A stretch of 64,000 bases of DNA from Setoptus koraiensis. Lineage: Eukaryota > Animalia > Arthropoda. Shown piece after piece: positions 49,607 to 61,490 of this stretch. The DNA lies in contig CM106585.1 in NCBI GenBank assembly GCA_048013815.1, positions 5,704,001 through 5,768,000 on the forward strand. The letters are read 5' to 3'. The notes under the pieces were generated by a model. That model saw only the letters and a list, made by a program, of their open reading frames with translations, made no database searches and had not been told where the DNA came from. The translations under genes were made by a program, and so were the position numbers. How positions within the stretch are numbered: position 1 is the first letter of the stretch; each line of letters begins with the position of its first letter.

Positions 49607-52600
49607 GGCCGGCCCGCGCTGGCGGCCGGGCGCGCAACGCGACTAGCGCCCCTTGCAACTTACGCAAGCGACAAGCGACACGCACACACTTGGAATTAAC
49701 AGCACACACAGCTCCGACCGCAACAAACAAACACAACAGGTTGTTGTGGCGAGCGCGCAATGATTGATGATTGCCAACCCCAAGCCGGCTGACCCGCACA
49801 CTACGAGCCAACCCGTAACTGGCCGCTCACGCCCACGCCCTACCCGCTCCGACGGCCGCACTGCGTGACATGGAGGTCCGACGGCCCCATGTCACGTGCA
49901 ACAAGCAACGACTCTGGCTTGCGACAACTCTGAAGTCCAGAGTCTGGATAGGACACGTGCACAATTGACGCTCACCACTCATCAGTCAGTTGTACGCCAC
50001 GAGTCGGTGCGTCAACAAGTGGCCGCCGCACGGGCGCTCGCCGGTTTGGCTGGACACGGGATGCGCGAGGCGACAGTTGCCGCGAACTGTGCACACAATT
50101 TGCACAGCTCGCACAGTGCGCAATGACAACAAGAGCGAAACAGAGACACAACAAACGAGAGTGCTGGCGCAATCGAGTCACCATGATACTACTGCTATAA
50201 AACTATTACTATTGCTAGAAACTATTACCCACTATCGCTGCTACTATTACACAACACACACACACATGCACACATTATTATCATTATTGCATTGCGTCAT
50301 TATTATTGTCACAGTGCTGGGCGCAAATTGCGCAACCGCGACGCGGTCCCGCTCGCCCGCCAACCGAGCCGCCAGGCACCAGCCAACCGAGCGGCCAGGC
50401 ACCAGCCAACGGGATGCAACGGGATCCGGCCAGATGCAACCGACTGGCGCCATCCAAGGAGATCTAACCAAGGCGACGCGATGCGAGCGCGTTGCTGCGC
50501 ACACTCACAAGTCAGATGCGGTTGTCAGTGCCGTGCCAGATATCAAAGCAATTAAGGCAAACACATCCTGTTGTGTCCAGGGCCGGCTAACCGTTATTTA
50601 TTTATTGGGCCGCCCGTGTGTCGGCTCACGAATCGTATCGCCAGCGATCGCCTAATTAAGCGCACTGACAACGAACGGCGAGCCAACAAGCGAGCAAGTT
50701 GCGTTATGGCGAGCTGGCGCGATGTAGAAACAACAACAACAACAATAATAAACTTGACGATAATTGTCAATTATCGCCCTTATCTCTTGACACTTTTGCC
50801 CTATCTCTTGCGACTGACAATTTGCGGCCGGGCCGGCCGCACTCACCTGGCTGGCGCGGCTCACTCGCTGCCTAATTCGGTCACCTGTCGGCCGGCTCAC
50901 CTGTCGGCTGGTGCGTTCGTCTGGCTAATTGGCAAGTCGACACAAGCTGTATTGCACACTCGGTGCACAGTAAAACAGACAGTGATACTGCTAGAACAGA
51001 GTGACACTACTAAAACATGGTGACACTACTAAATTGCAAGTGCCGACAGTGCACAGTCTGGATGTGCCACACAAACTGTGCCTTGGACGTGCACACAGTG
51101 TGCCTTGGACGGCGTCTAGGGGCGCTGCGCTCGTATCACATATACGGGTGTCCATTTTAAAAGCGACAAACTTTTCTTTTCTTTATCTCTGTATAAGCAC
51201 GGTATGTGTGTGATATGCGATACGGCGATGGCCGGGCGCTGATTGAATAATTGATGACGCTTTGTTGTGCCAGTCGACGACGGCCTGTCATCGCGTTGCT
51301 GGCCCGACACACTCGCACAATTAATAAATAAATTAACACAATTAATTGAACAGGCCGCTGTACAAGTTTTGCGTCACCATTTGGCGTCGCCTTCGAATCG
51401 TTCAATTTGTTCACTGCGTTCGGTGTGTTCGGTGTGCTCGGTCTGGCCGGTGTGTTCGGCGGCCGACTGCAATTAGGTTTGTTTGTTCGGCTTTGTTCGG
51501 TGCATCTGCTGCCCGTCAGCGTTGTGACAGCAATCAGTGCAGCGAGCCAGCGAGTCTAGTTAGTCACCTGTGCACCAGCCCGCGAGTCACCTGTTACGAG
51601 TGTTCGGTGTTGGTGTGGTGTCGCAACAAACAGACACTTGCTGCCAACTTGCGAGCGAGCACTGCGCTGTCTTGCCCTGTCAGAGTGGCAGTAGCACACA
51701 GGTAACATTCGCAACAGGTGAACACACTGACGCAGGCCGCTTATCTGATGGCGAGCTAGTGCAAGAAGGGTTGACTGGGCCGACGCAACAGTGTGTGTGT
51801 GAGAGCCAGAGTGAGCCAGGTGAGCCAGGTGAGCAGCTCCATATTTAGTTGATTGATAGTGCGCATGGCTAACTAAGGCTGCCGGCTGCAGTGAGCAGCC
51901 AGACGCGGCCAACAGGTAGGCACAGGTAGACACATGACAGATGACAGCTGTTTGCTTTGGAGGCGGCAGATTCTCTCAAACTGTGTGAGACTCGCAACTG
52001 TGCGAGTCACAACTGAGTGCGCTGGCAGCACTTGTTAGAATGTTTGTAGCGGCAGCAACATATGTCTCGATTTACATTTGTATCATGTCTATATTTGAGT
52101 TGGCGTTCGCGCCACATCAGCTGCGCGCCCGACCGGCCATCCAGTCGTTCGGCCGGCCCGTCAACAGCGACCGGCCATCCAGTCATTCGGCCGGCCGACG
52201 GCAACGACGAGCGTCGGGCCGCTGTGGCCGCGCGCCGTCCGACCGCCGACTCAAAATCGTTCCAATGACAGTGGCACAGAGTGTGCACTTGTCCGTGGCC
52301 ATTGTCGGTGCCACTGGTTGCGCTGCACGCTACCTGTTGATTCGACGGCGCTGGGCCGTCAAGTTGCCGGGTTGCGCGCGAGTCGCGCTGCGCCGCCACC
52401 CCGTCCGCAGCGGCCAGTTCGCGGCGTGCACCGGCCCGCTGTCGGCGCTGCACCTGCCGTCCGGTTTGCCGAGCCGGTGCCAGTGCGATTCTGCATTGGA
52501 AACGCCAATTGCGGCATTCGACACTCTGATTTCGCAATTGGCGCTTCGACCGATTGACCGATTCAGAGCTCAATTCGGCGATTTAAAGGCGATTTAAAGC

Positions 52601-52950
52601 CCAATTCAGACTGCGATTCAGGCTCCGATTCGAAGCCCAGCCTGAGCGCGTTCGGACCGCGACGGGCCGGCCGACGCACCGATCGGCCCGCCTGACACAT
52701 GTGATGCGCGAGCGAGTGAGGCTCGCGTGGAATGCTCGCCGCCACGACCGCGGCACATCGATGCAGCGGTGCGACGGTGCAGCGGTGCGACGGTGCGACG
52801 GTGCAGCGTGCAGCCAGTTGCGGGCAACAATGACGGTGCGCGCGCGAGTTCGCATCGTGAGAAGGAATGTCGAACGGGCCGACTAGCAGGTGATAATCAA
52901 GAGAACGTGTGAACGTTGCGGGCCATCCTTCCATCACGCGCACCATTGTG

Positions 52951-53030
52951 CGCGTTACCTGCGCTATTCGCGTTACCTGCGCTATTCGCGTTACCTGTGC
53001 TATTTGCGCTATCTGTGCCGTCGCAGGTAG
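52951..53030. repeat. 18-bp tandem repeat CGCGTTACCTG(C/T)GCTATT x3 followed by CAGGTAG
   Basis: Units at 52951, 52969 and 52987, each containing TACCTG. Confidence 0.85.
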
Positions 53031-55795
53031 GCCGCGCGCGGCATCTGGTCAGGCGCTGGATTAGCGCCGGCCGGCCGCTCGGGCCATTCCAGCCAGTCGG
53101 GCCGTTCCAGCCGTCGGGCCGGCGAAGGCGAGGAATTCCATTGAGTCGGGAGTGCGCTGAACAGACGCGCCGACGGGCCACTTTTAACCTACTTGGGCCG
53201 CCTGCGACAGCGCCTCCGAGCACAACACACAGGTAACATATGTCGCTAACATGTTAATTGTGGCCCGTCCACTCTAATGCGCCATAAATAGTCGGCCGAT
53301 GGTCAGTTGTTGTTGGCGCTGTTGACAATGCGGTGGCAAACAATAACTGTTGCTGTTACTGCTGTTTGTGTCGTTCGCGTCGTTCGCGTTGTTTGCCGTG
53401 TTTGTGTTGGCCAATAAAACGGCGCACTTTATATCCACTGCATTTGCGCCCTTGCGGGTTCGCCTGTCAAATCTGGTGCGCGTCCAGCGTGCACCGTTCG
53501 ATGGGGCACGCTGCACGTTAAATGCCGAAGCTGAATCACGAGTCCGGCAACAGCAACAACAACGACGACAACAACGACAACAACGACAACAACGACAACG
53601 ACAACAACGACAACGACAACAACGACGACAACGGTGCCGTTGCAAAGGCAGCTCCGTGGACACTGGCGGCGATCGCGCTGCGCGCAGACTGGCCACTGTG
53701 CGGACAGAGCGTGGATATTGGCACACTATTGGTCCGACAGTGTCTGCTGGTTGCACAGGCTTGCGCCAGGCGCAAACACAAATGCGGGGCCTCTGCATTT
53801 GGAGACAGAGGAGGGGCACTTTTGTATGAACTGCGCCGTGATTTACTCGTGGGGCGCATTCTCCGGCCGGCACGTTGCAAAGCTGTGCGACGCGCATCAT
53901 TTGTCCACAAACAGGCCGCTCGCTGGCGAGTGACGGGCCAGTCGCTGGCCAGTGACTGACCGGCGACTGACCGGCGACTGACCAGCGACCGACCAGCGAC
54001 TGACCAGTGGCGTTGGGGTCCGGCGTCATTATATTATCACGGGCAGTGTTGCCGATGATAATATAACGATGAGGGCACTGTCGGCGCGCCACATTCGCGG
54101 CCACAAGGCCCAGTGGTCAATTGGAGTCGCATTGCGCTGTCACAATAGCGCCGGCGACGCGCAGTTGGCGCACAATGGCCCCACAACTGGCTCACAACTG
54201 GCTTAGAACTGGCCCAAAACTGGCCCACAACTGGCTCTGGAGCAACTCTGGCACAGTCACTGAGAGTTACTGCGAGTTGCTGAGAGTTATTGAGGGTTAC
54301 TGACAAGCGAGCAGAGCTGGCCCCATTGGCGGTGGCGCTGCGGTGGCGATCATACCGAGGTGCCCATACAACGAGGTGGCGATCGTACAATGCGATCATA
54401 CAAAGTATTGTCACCGGACAATCGCCGTATCGAATGCGGTGTGAGACACGTTAGACGAGCGGCCCACCAAATGACATTATCGACGCGGCATTGTTATCAT
54501 TGGTTGTTATTATTTGTTGTTGTTATTTGTTGTCGTTGGCGCTGTCGTTGGTGTTGTTGTTGGCGTTGTCATTGTTGTTGTTGGTGCCGTCGTCAGTGTT
54601 GGCCAGCGTCAGTGTTGGCCAGCGCCAGCGAAGCACCTCAATTGGCCCGCTAATACCCGGCTAATACCGTGTGGCGATTAGTCGGCCCGCTGGGTGTGGG
54701 TGAGCCAGTGGCAAAGTGAAGAGGTGAGCATATGTTTGCGCACCTCTCGCGTCATGCGTGTCCATTGTTGAACAATATACTCGTACATACAATGTATACA
54801 CAATATATCAGTATATTTATACGATTTACCAGTATGTACAATGTTCACCGGTCAGCGCTGTCGCCGGTACCCGTGGCTTGAGTCGCGCCCGATCGGATTA
54901 GCGGCCGTCGGCCGCCGGCCCGTCGCTGCCCGCTACCTGGCCGCTCTGCAAACATACCCCCAAACATATCGCCAAACACGTGTACAATGCACGTGCAACA
55001 TCGCACATACACGTGCAAACATGGTGCACGTTGGTGCGTGTTGGTGCGCGGATAGTTGGCGGCGGACGCGACGAAATCGATCGAGATCAACTGCGAGCAG
55101 ACGTTTCACAGTTGATTTAACTTTAATAATGGCCCAATTGATCCTTTATCGGTCGCCTTTGTTTGCAACTCGCCAGCTCCAGCGCCAGCGTTGTCAATTC
55201 AAATTCGCCTTGTTTGCGGCTCGACGGGCAATCTCGCACCACTCTGCACAACTGGCCGCACTAATGGCTTTGTTTAGTCACACCCGATGCGCGATCGCGT
55301 CGGCGGCGGCCCCGCAGCGCACAACCGGCTCCACCGGCCCGACCGGCCAATTGTGTTCGACCGAGACCGTGGCTGGCGCTAGTCCGACGCTGGTCCCAGC
55401 ATTGACAAATAACGCCGGCCGGCCGGCGTGAGCACTGAAATATCCGAAACTGAGAAATGAAATATCCATGAATATTTCATCGACACATTCATGCCAGATC
55501 ACATCACGTGCAAGTGCCACGTATCGCGCAGTGTCCAGTTGCTGCGAGCACGGTAGTTGGGGCACTGACAATTGTGATTTGTACAACAGACTCTGTATAA
55601 CAGGCAGCGCAAATCAAGAGGCGATTAAGTGGCCGTGGGCCGTCGACGCGCCCGACGCGGCCGGCCGACAGCAGGCGAGCCGCGCCGCGCCGCGCCAACC
55701 GTGCGACAACAGGAGATAATAACCAATTGAATGGGAGAGCGGGTAATTGTATACGCTGGCACTTTGTGCCAAGTGGCCTCACTTGCGGCCCGCAA

Positions 55796-55863
55796 GCGGG
55801 CCAACGAGCGACAAGCGGGCCAACGAGCGACAAGCGGGCCAACAAGCGGCCACAACGAGCGAC
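55796..55863. repeat. 19-bp tandem repeat GCGGGCCAACGAGCGACAA, about 3 copies
   Basis: Directly visible. Confidence 0.85.
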
Positions 55864-56306
55864 AGGCGGACACAAATAGGCAACAAATGAATGGATGACA
55901 AGCGAACAATAACAAACGAATAATAACAAATGAAGCAGCAACAGTTGATTGGCAACAGTTGACCAGGTAAATTGTTGAAAAGTGTCCATTGACTGGACAT
56001 TGGCTCAATTGGCAGCGCCGAGCAGCGCCAATTGTCTGGCAATTGTCGGACAATTGGTGTGCGATTAACGACGCTCCGGTGTGTCGCAGCACGCTAACTG
56101 TCGGCCGTGTTGTTGTATTGTTATTGCCAGTTAGTGTCAGCCAGTTGTTGTGTGTCCGGCGAATCGCGGGGCGCCAATTGGTCAGCACGCGGGCCGGCTC
56201 TATTGAGTGCGCACCACTTTGGGGCCAACTTGAGCTCACTGATTGAGCGGCTCAGCGGGCCGACGGGCCGACCGGCCGACCGAATGCAGAAGCCGGCAGC
56301 CCAAAT

Positions 56307-56363
56307 GGCCGGCACCAAATGCAGTGGCCGGCACCAAATGCAGTGGCCGGCACCAAATGCAGT
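56307..56363. repeat. 19-bp tandem repeat GGCCGGCACCAAATGCAGT x3
   Basis: Units at 56307, 56326 and 56345. Confidence 0.9.
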
Positions 56364-57161
56364 GGCGTGTCCAAACAACAACAGCGGTAGCAGCGGTTAA
56401 TTGAATTGATATTATCATCATTGAGTGACCACCCTTTTCATGGGCCATTCATTGGTGACTTGTGGCCAATGGCAGCATCATTGTGCGCTGGCATCATCAT
56501 TATTCGTGCGCGACCCATTCACACATACTCGCATTATCCGACAGCTGCCACCGACAGATAATAATGACATCGCGCGCTACCCGGCGCCCGTTAGCTCGCG
56601 CTGCCCGTCGCCCGTTAGCTCGCACTGCCCGTCGCTGTGATTCGGTCACGCCATTGCGATTCGGTCGCGCCATTGTCGTCGACAGTCCACAGTCCAGCGT
56701 TTTGCGCGGCGAGCGGGCGGGCCTCGGGCACAGCCGGGCCAATCGGGCAGCGCCCAACTCGTCCGGCGAGATGCGGCGAGACGCGCTCAGATGCGGCGAC
56801 GTCCGGTGAGGTGCGAGTTGGCGCCACCAGGCGCGTCGGTCTCGAGGACGAAAGTTGCGGAGTTGGTTAGACCGCGCTGGTGACAGTGTCGCCTGGTGCA
56901 GTGGTCGCACCAACAGCGGACAGCCGATGTTGGCTCGGCGAGCCGTCAACTGACGCTTGTGGCAGCCGAAGGCACAAAAGCGTCACCACAATGCCATCTA
57001 TACTCGAGCGACTCAACTAGCGTGCAATTTACAGTGTCCAACAATCGTATAATCCGACAACTGATATGTGAAACTAATTAGAGGCTAATTAGTGATTACT
57101 CTGATCGGGTCGCTCACAACCGCTCGTTGGTCCAGTCTACAAACCAAGTTTACAAACGCCA

Positions 57162-60075
57162 CTATTGGATAATCGTCTCGCCATTCTCGTTGATTTGTGT
57201 CGGATTTAGGGTCCCAAAATTTGGTAATTGGGCGCACCAGTATGAGCACGTCTGCGAGCCAATTCCGCAATTCGCGGGTGCAACCGCGGTGCGTTTAGTC
57301 ATAGCGACAGTCTTGGCGCAACCGCGGCAACTCACAGATTGTTCACAATTGTCAGATCAAGATTGACGTTAGAGGCTGATTGTTGCCAGACTCTGGCAGC
57401 CAGAGATCTTGTCAGAGCTCTTGTCAGTGGGAGATTGTCACAACGAGAGCGCCAACTGGCGCCCTGCCGATTGAGTAGTGAACCAGAAGAGGGCGTCTCG
57501 TGAATTGAGTCGCTCACTGACACATCAACACTGACACACAAAAGTGTATCATCGTATGGTACTGCTCGAGTCTCGCCAATAGGGGCGCTATTTTCAGTTG
57601 TTTCACAAGTGTGTCAGTTGTCAGTTGGCTCGCCACAAGTGCCACATTGGCCACTCTGACAGAGTGACTCTGTGACACAGAGTCTATGTTTGTCTTGCGT
57701 TGAACAGCAAACAACAACAACGACAATATCGTGGCGAGATATCATCAAATCACATTGGCTCATGTGGCGTCTGCCCAGCAAACACAATCAATCTCGAATC
57801 AATACTGCACCGATAAGCACTGTCGCTAATGGCACTAATTGGGTGACAACTTGCGCCGCGACAAATTAGCGCCGATTGATAGAGATTGATTGACAAATTG
57901 TGAGTGAGTCGACAACGAAAACAAACCTGTACTTCGTCGTGCTCGCACACACAAGCCCGTTGTTACTAACAACTTGTTACTCATCGTGGTCCATGATTCA
58001 TGGAGACGTCGGCGGCGGCAGATATCGGCTCTCGATGGAGATATCGGCCGTCGATGGCGACACCAGCGAGCGCCTTCAACGACATTGTTGTTGTTACAAC
58101 AATGATCATACGCAGAGTCATCAACTTGCGTCGCCGATATCAATACACTTGTCGAGTGGCAGCGATTAGCGCCAGTAAACAGGCGGCCGAGACATTCCGA
58201 GATTCAACACAATTCATTCAGTTTTCAGTGCCATTCTCACTCGCTCGCCGTCCCAATCCGTCACGCTCGATCGCACCACAGCTCACCGAGACCCACAGTA
58301 ACCGGCCGAGACCCACAGACGAACCAACTGGCCGAGACCCACAGACCCATCGCGAGACCCATCGACACACGACAAGGGATATCCCCGGACCACAAGCCAC
58401 ACATACAGCGCCACAGGACATAGCGGTAACAAGCACGCATTCGTACAACAATGTCGGAAAAGGCAACCCTGTTGCCCACAGGTGAGTGACAAACAAACCA
58501 AACCAAACTGACCAAGCAACCGTATACGCACTAGCGACTAATCAGCTGACTAATTAACAATGTAACAACAACAACAAATGTAAACACGACAATTACGCAC
58601 CACAATCAGTGGTGGACGCCAGCGGCACCCAACTGCACTCGGCCTCGTATTATCCGCCGCCCACCGGTGTCCGGCTGGTTATCGTGCCCGGCTTAGAATT
58701 TGACGCCAGGCGCCGCTCCAATTATGGCTACACGTCCCTGCTGGCCGCCCTGCTCACATTCCTCAGCTGGCTGATAATAGAATCGCGAAGCTGCTACTAC
58801 GGACCAGGATTGAATTTTGACCGGTTGCAGAGTCTGCACATAGCGCTCATGATATTCGCTTTCACAATATTTTTATTGAGTCTGTTCAGTATGGCCGACT
58901 ATTTGTTTCAATTTCGCATTCCGTTCCTGTGCACCGTGCTCATAATGTACGCCGCCGCTGGCCTCATGGTGTGGGCCGTGTACCAGGCCGCCGTCAGTCC
59001 GTGCATGTCGTTCCCGATTCCCAACACCCCTCTGGATATTTATCCCAACAAGTCCAATGTGTTTAAGGCGGGCGACGGCTTCGGAATATCCATCCTGCTG
59101 GTCGATATTGTGGCCGCCGTGCTGCTCGTTTCGGCCGCCTCCAGCTTTTACTACCGCTACTGACCGCTACTGACCGCTACCTGGACGCCGCCGCTACCCC
59201 TATTCGGTGGGACCAAATTGAACCAAATATGCGATGGGACAATCGTCCAAACACCACACACTCGGGCCATGCTAATATTGTCGCCTCACACACCACACAT
59301 ACATCACACAGTGACACAGCGCTTCAACAGTGTAACGATTACACACAATAAAGACAGACATTGCATCACAACACCATTACATCACAACCGAGCGAGTGGT
59401 CAGCCCAGCACGAGCGGCGTCTGGTTGCTCACCTGTTCCAAGCATTGCGTTATTATGCAAAACGCCTGCGTCGTGTTTATGTATTGCGTAACGGCCGATA
59501 TGCCCGTGCACCTGAGCAGCGTGTTGTCGAACAGGTTCTTGTTGCAGTACACGCACTGGCTGGCCAGTGGGGCGCCCTGCTGGTCGCCGGGCTGGTAGCA
59601 GAATCTGCCCGCGCCCGCGCCGTCGCGTCCCGTTACGTCCCGTTTCGTGAGTTTTGATGGTTTTTGTCGGTTGTTTGTCGGTTTTTGTCGGTTTTTGTCG
59701 TTTTTTGTCGGTTGTTTGTCAGTTTTTGTCGTTTTGGGGGTTCCCGCAAAGTAAAAAAAAGTACAAACAGTCAAAATTGTGTGTGTGTGCGTTAGAACTG
59801 GAGTTGCGTTAGCGGGATTATAATGTGATTAGCGGGCCACAGTGGGCGCCGAAGATTCTCTCAAGACGATCACAGAATCTGTGACACAGATCGATCTAAA
59901 TGGCTCACCTCATCTGAACGGGACGCTCGGCCATCAGCAGGCCGGCGATTGTTTTGCTCGATGCAACGAAACGGCCACCTGTTGTTGCCATGTCCAGCGC
60001 CATTAGTGACGTAATCGCCAGTGCTAATCGCAACGCCAGCGTTATCGTTTTTCTGTTCGTTACAAACAGAGACAT
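57162..60075 (-). CDS. Secreted 8-Cys small protein, 3 exons (60075-59909, 59604-59433, 57251-57162), 142 aa
   Basis: Hydrophobic N-terminus (ITLALRLALAITSLMAL). Both donors read AG|GTGAGC (59908, 59432), and both acceptors are CAG (59605, 57252). Phases 2 and 0 match. Exon 2 is GC3-rich. Product: ...RFCYQPGDQQGAPLASQCVYCNKNLFDNTLLRCTGISAVTQYINTTQAFCIITQCLEQ|TCSYWCAQLPNFGTLNPTQINENGETIIQ*. Exon 3 is the least certain. Confidence 0.65.
58451..59163 (+). CDS. Four-transmembrane protein (MARVEL/tetraspan-like topology), 2 exons (58451-58481, 58610-59163), 194 aa
   Basis: ATG in a good context (ACAATG), donor G|GTGAGT at 58482, branch-like GACTAAT sites and CAG at 58609. Four hydrophobic segments, one Cys in each predicted outer loop, GC3-rich codons. 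Confidence 0.8.
59655..59730. repeat. Decamer repeat GTTTTTGTCG-like in intron 1 of the secreted gene
   Basis: Directly visible. Confidence 0.8.
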
Positions 60076-61490
60076 TGTTGCCACACTAACTCTGTGACTG
60101 GGCTAATCTGGGCTGTTCAGCAATAGCGGCGAACGTTGGCGGCGATTGTTTGCGGCGAATAATTGCGGCAAATAATTGCGGCGAAAACTGCGGCGAAAAT
60201 TGTGCGACCAATTGGGGTCAGTTTGTCCAGTCGGGCGGTGGTCCTCGGTCCTCGATGCTATGGGATATTATGACGATGCTCCAATTCGACGTAATGACCT
60301 ACTCAGTGGATGAAACTCTTTTTGCGTCTGACTGACTTTCGCTGGCCACTGCAGCTCGCGATCTCGCTTTGCGATGGTCGGCAGTCGTTAACGCTAAAGC
60401 AACTGCCATTTTGCATGCGACCATGAACCAACTTTGACATTGATAGATTATCCTGTAACCGTATAGCACGAGTGCCCGCCAGCTAGTCAGCTCCCGAAAA
60501 CGCGATCGCAACAACAATGTGTTCTCGGCAAAGATCACATTCGAGCCACATGACGAGCGATACACATTTTGTTGATTTATTTTGCATTAACCTGTTGCGA
60601 TTTTCTATAGAAATTGGATCCAGATTTGGATGGAACAGTCATGATGGGCATAACCGGTCTATCACGAAACATCGAAAGCGGTGAAACATCGGACGATCAA
60701 AACAACGAAAACTTAATACACATCCAAAAGCCATCAGAACAACGAATGGCCTCTTCATGAATGATTGAATGATAAAACAACGAATGATCGAAACAACTAA
60801 CGCCGAATCAGAGATCTCCATAGACGAATTGGGGACCACGGTCGGGTTCTGTTCATCCTTGCCTTCGTTGGAAAGAGCATTCGTTGGAATGCCTTGAGTT
60901 GTTATGACCTCTCGTTGAAATGATTGATTAGTTGTTTAAGCATTAGTTAGAATTAGTTGTTTTGTAATTTCGATGTCGTTGTAATCGATGTAACGTTGTT
61001 ATGAGCGATTCGGTGTCGGTGCATTCGACGTTTGCACTATATATGGGGCATAACATCTTAATTGTTCAATGATAACGAAGGCCGAGATATGACAAAAAAT
61101 GTTCTTGCAAGAGTCGAGCCAAATTTTGAAGGTGAACTGCTGAAATCCTCAACTTGCAAGGGAGGCTCCCGAGATGATCTGTGAGTCAGATCTGAAAGCG
61201 AGTGTATCGGTTAAATAGAACTCGCCTCCCTCAACAGGGAAACAACTGTCTTTTCTCCAAAAGTTCATGAAAATTCCCCAAAAACAAAAAAAAACGGGGA
61301 AAAGACAGGTGTTTCCCTGTGTACATGTGTTTGTGATTGAAATTGTCTTTCAAAGGAATTCAAGAAAAAGTCTACCAGCGGACACCCTTTATAATATAGT
61401 ATTATCACGCATATCAAGGTCTATCCATGTCATCCATGTAAACAACAGTGTTACAACAGTTTCATGAATTTATTAACGAAATTGTAAACA

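Noticed and set aside
57085-57270. 61-aa minus-strand ORF (DVLILVRPITKFWDPK...) as the terminal exon
   Set aside because: It needs a phase-1 donor, but exon 2 ends in phase 0, and the phase-0 frame completes the Cys pattern.
59433-59604. Assignment of the secreted protein to the CHH/ITP or eclosion hormone families
   Set aside because: Cys number and spacing after the fourth Cys do not match either family.
59361-59657. Plus-strand 98-aa ORF
   Set aside because: Antisense shadow of exon 2 of the secreted Cys-rich gene.
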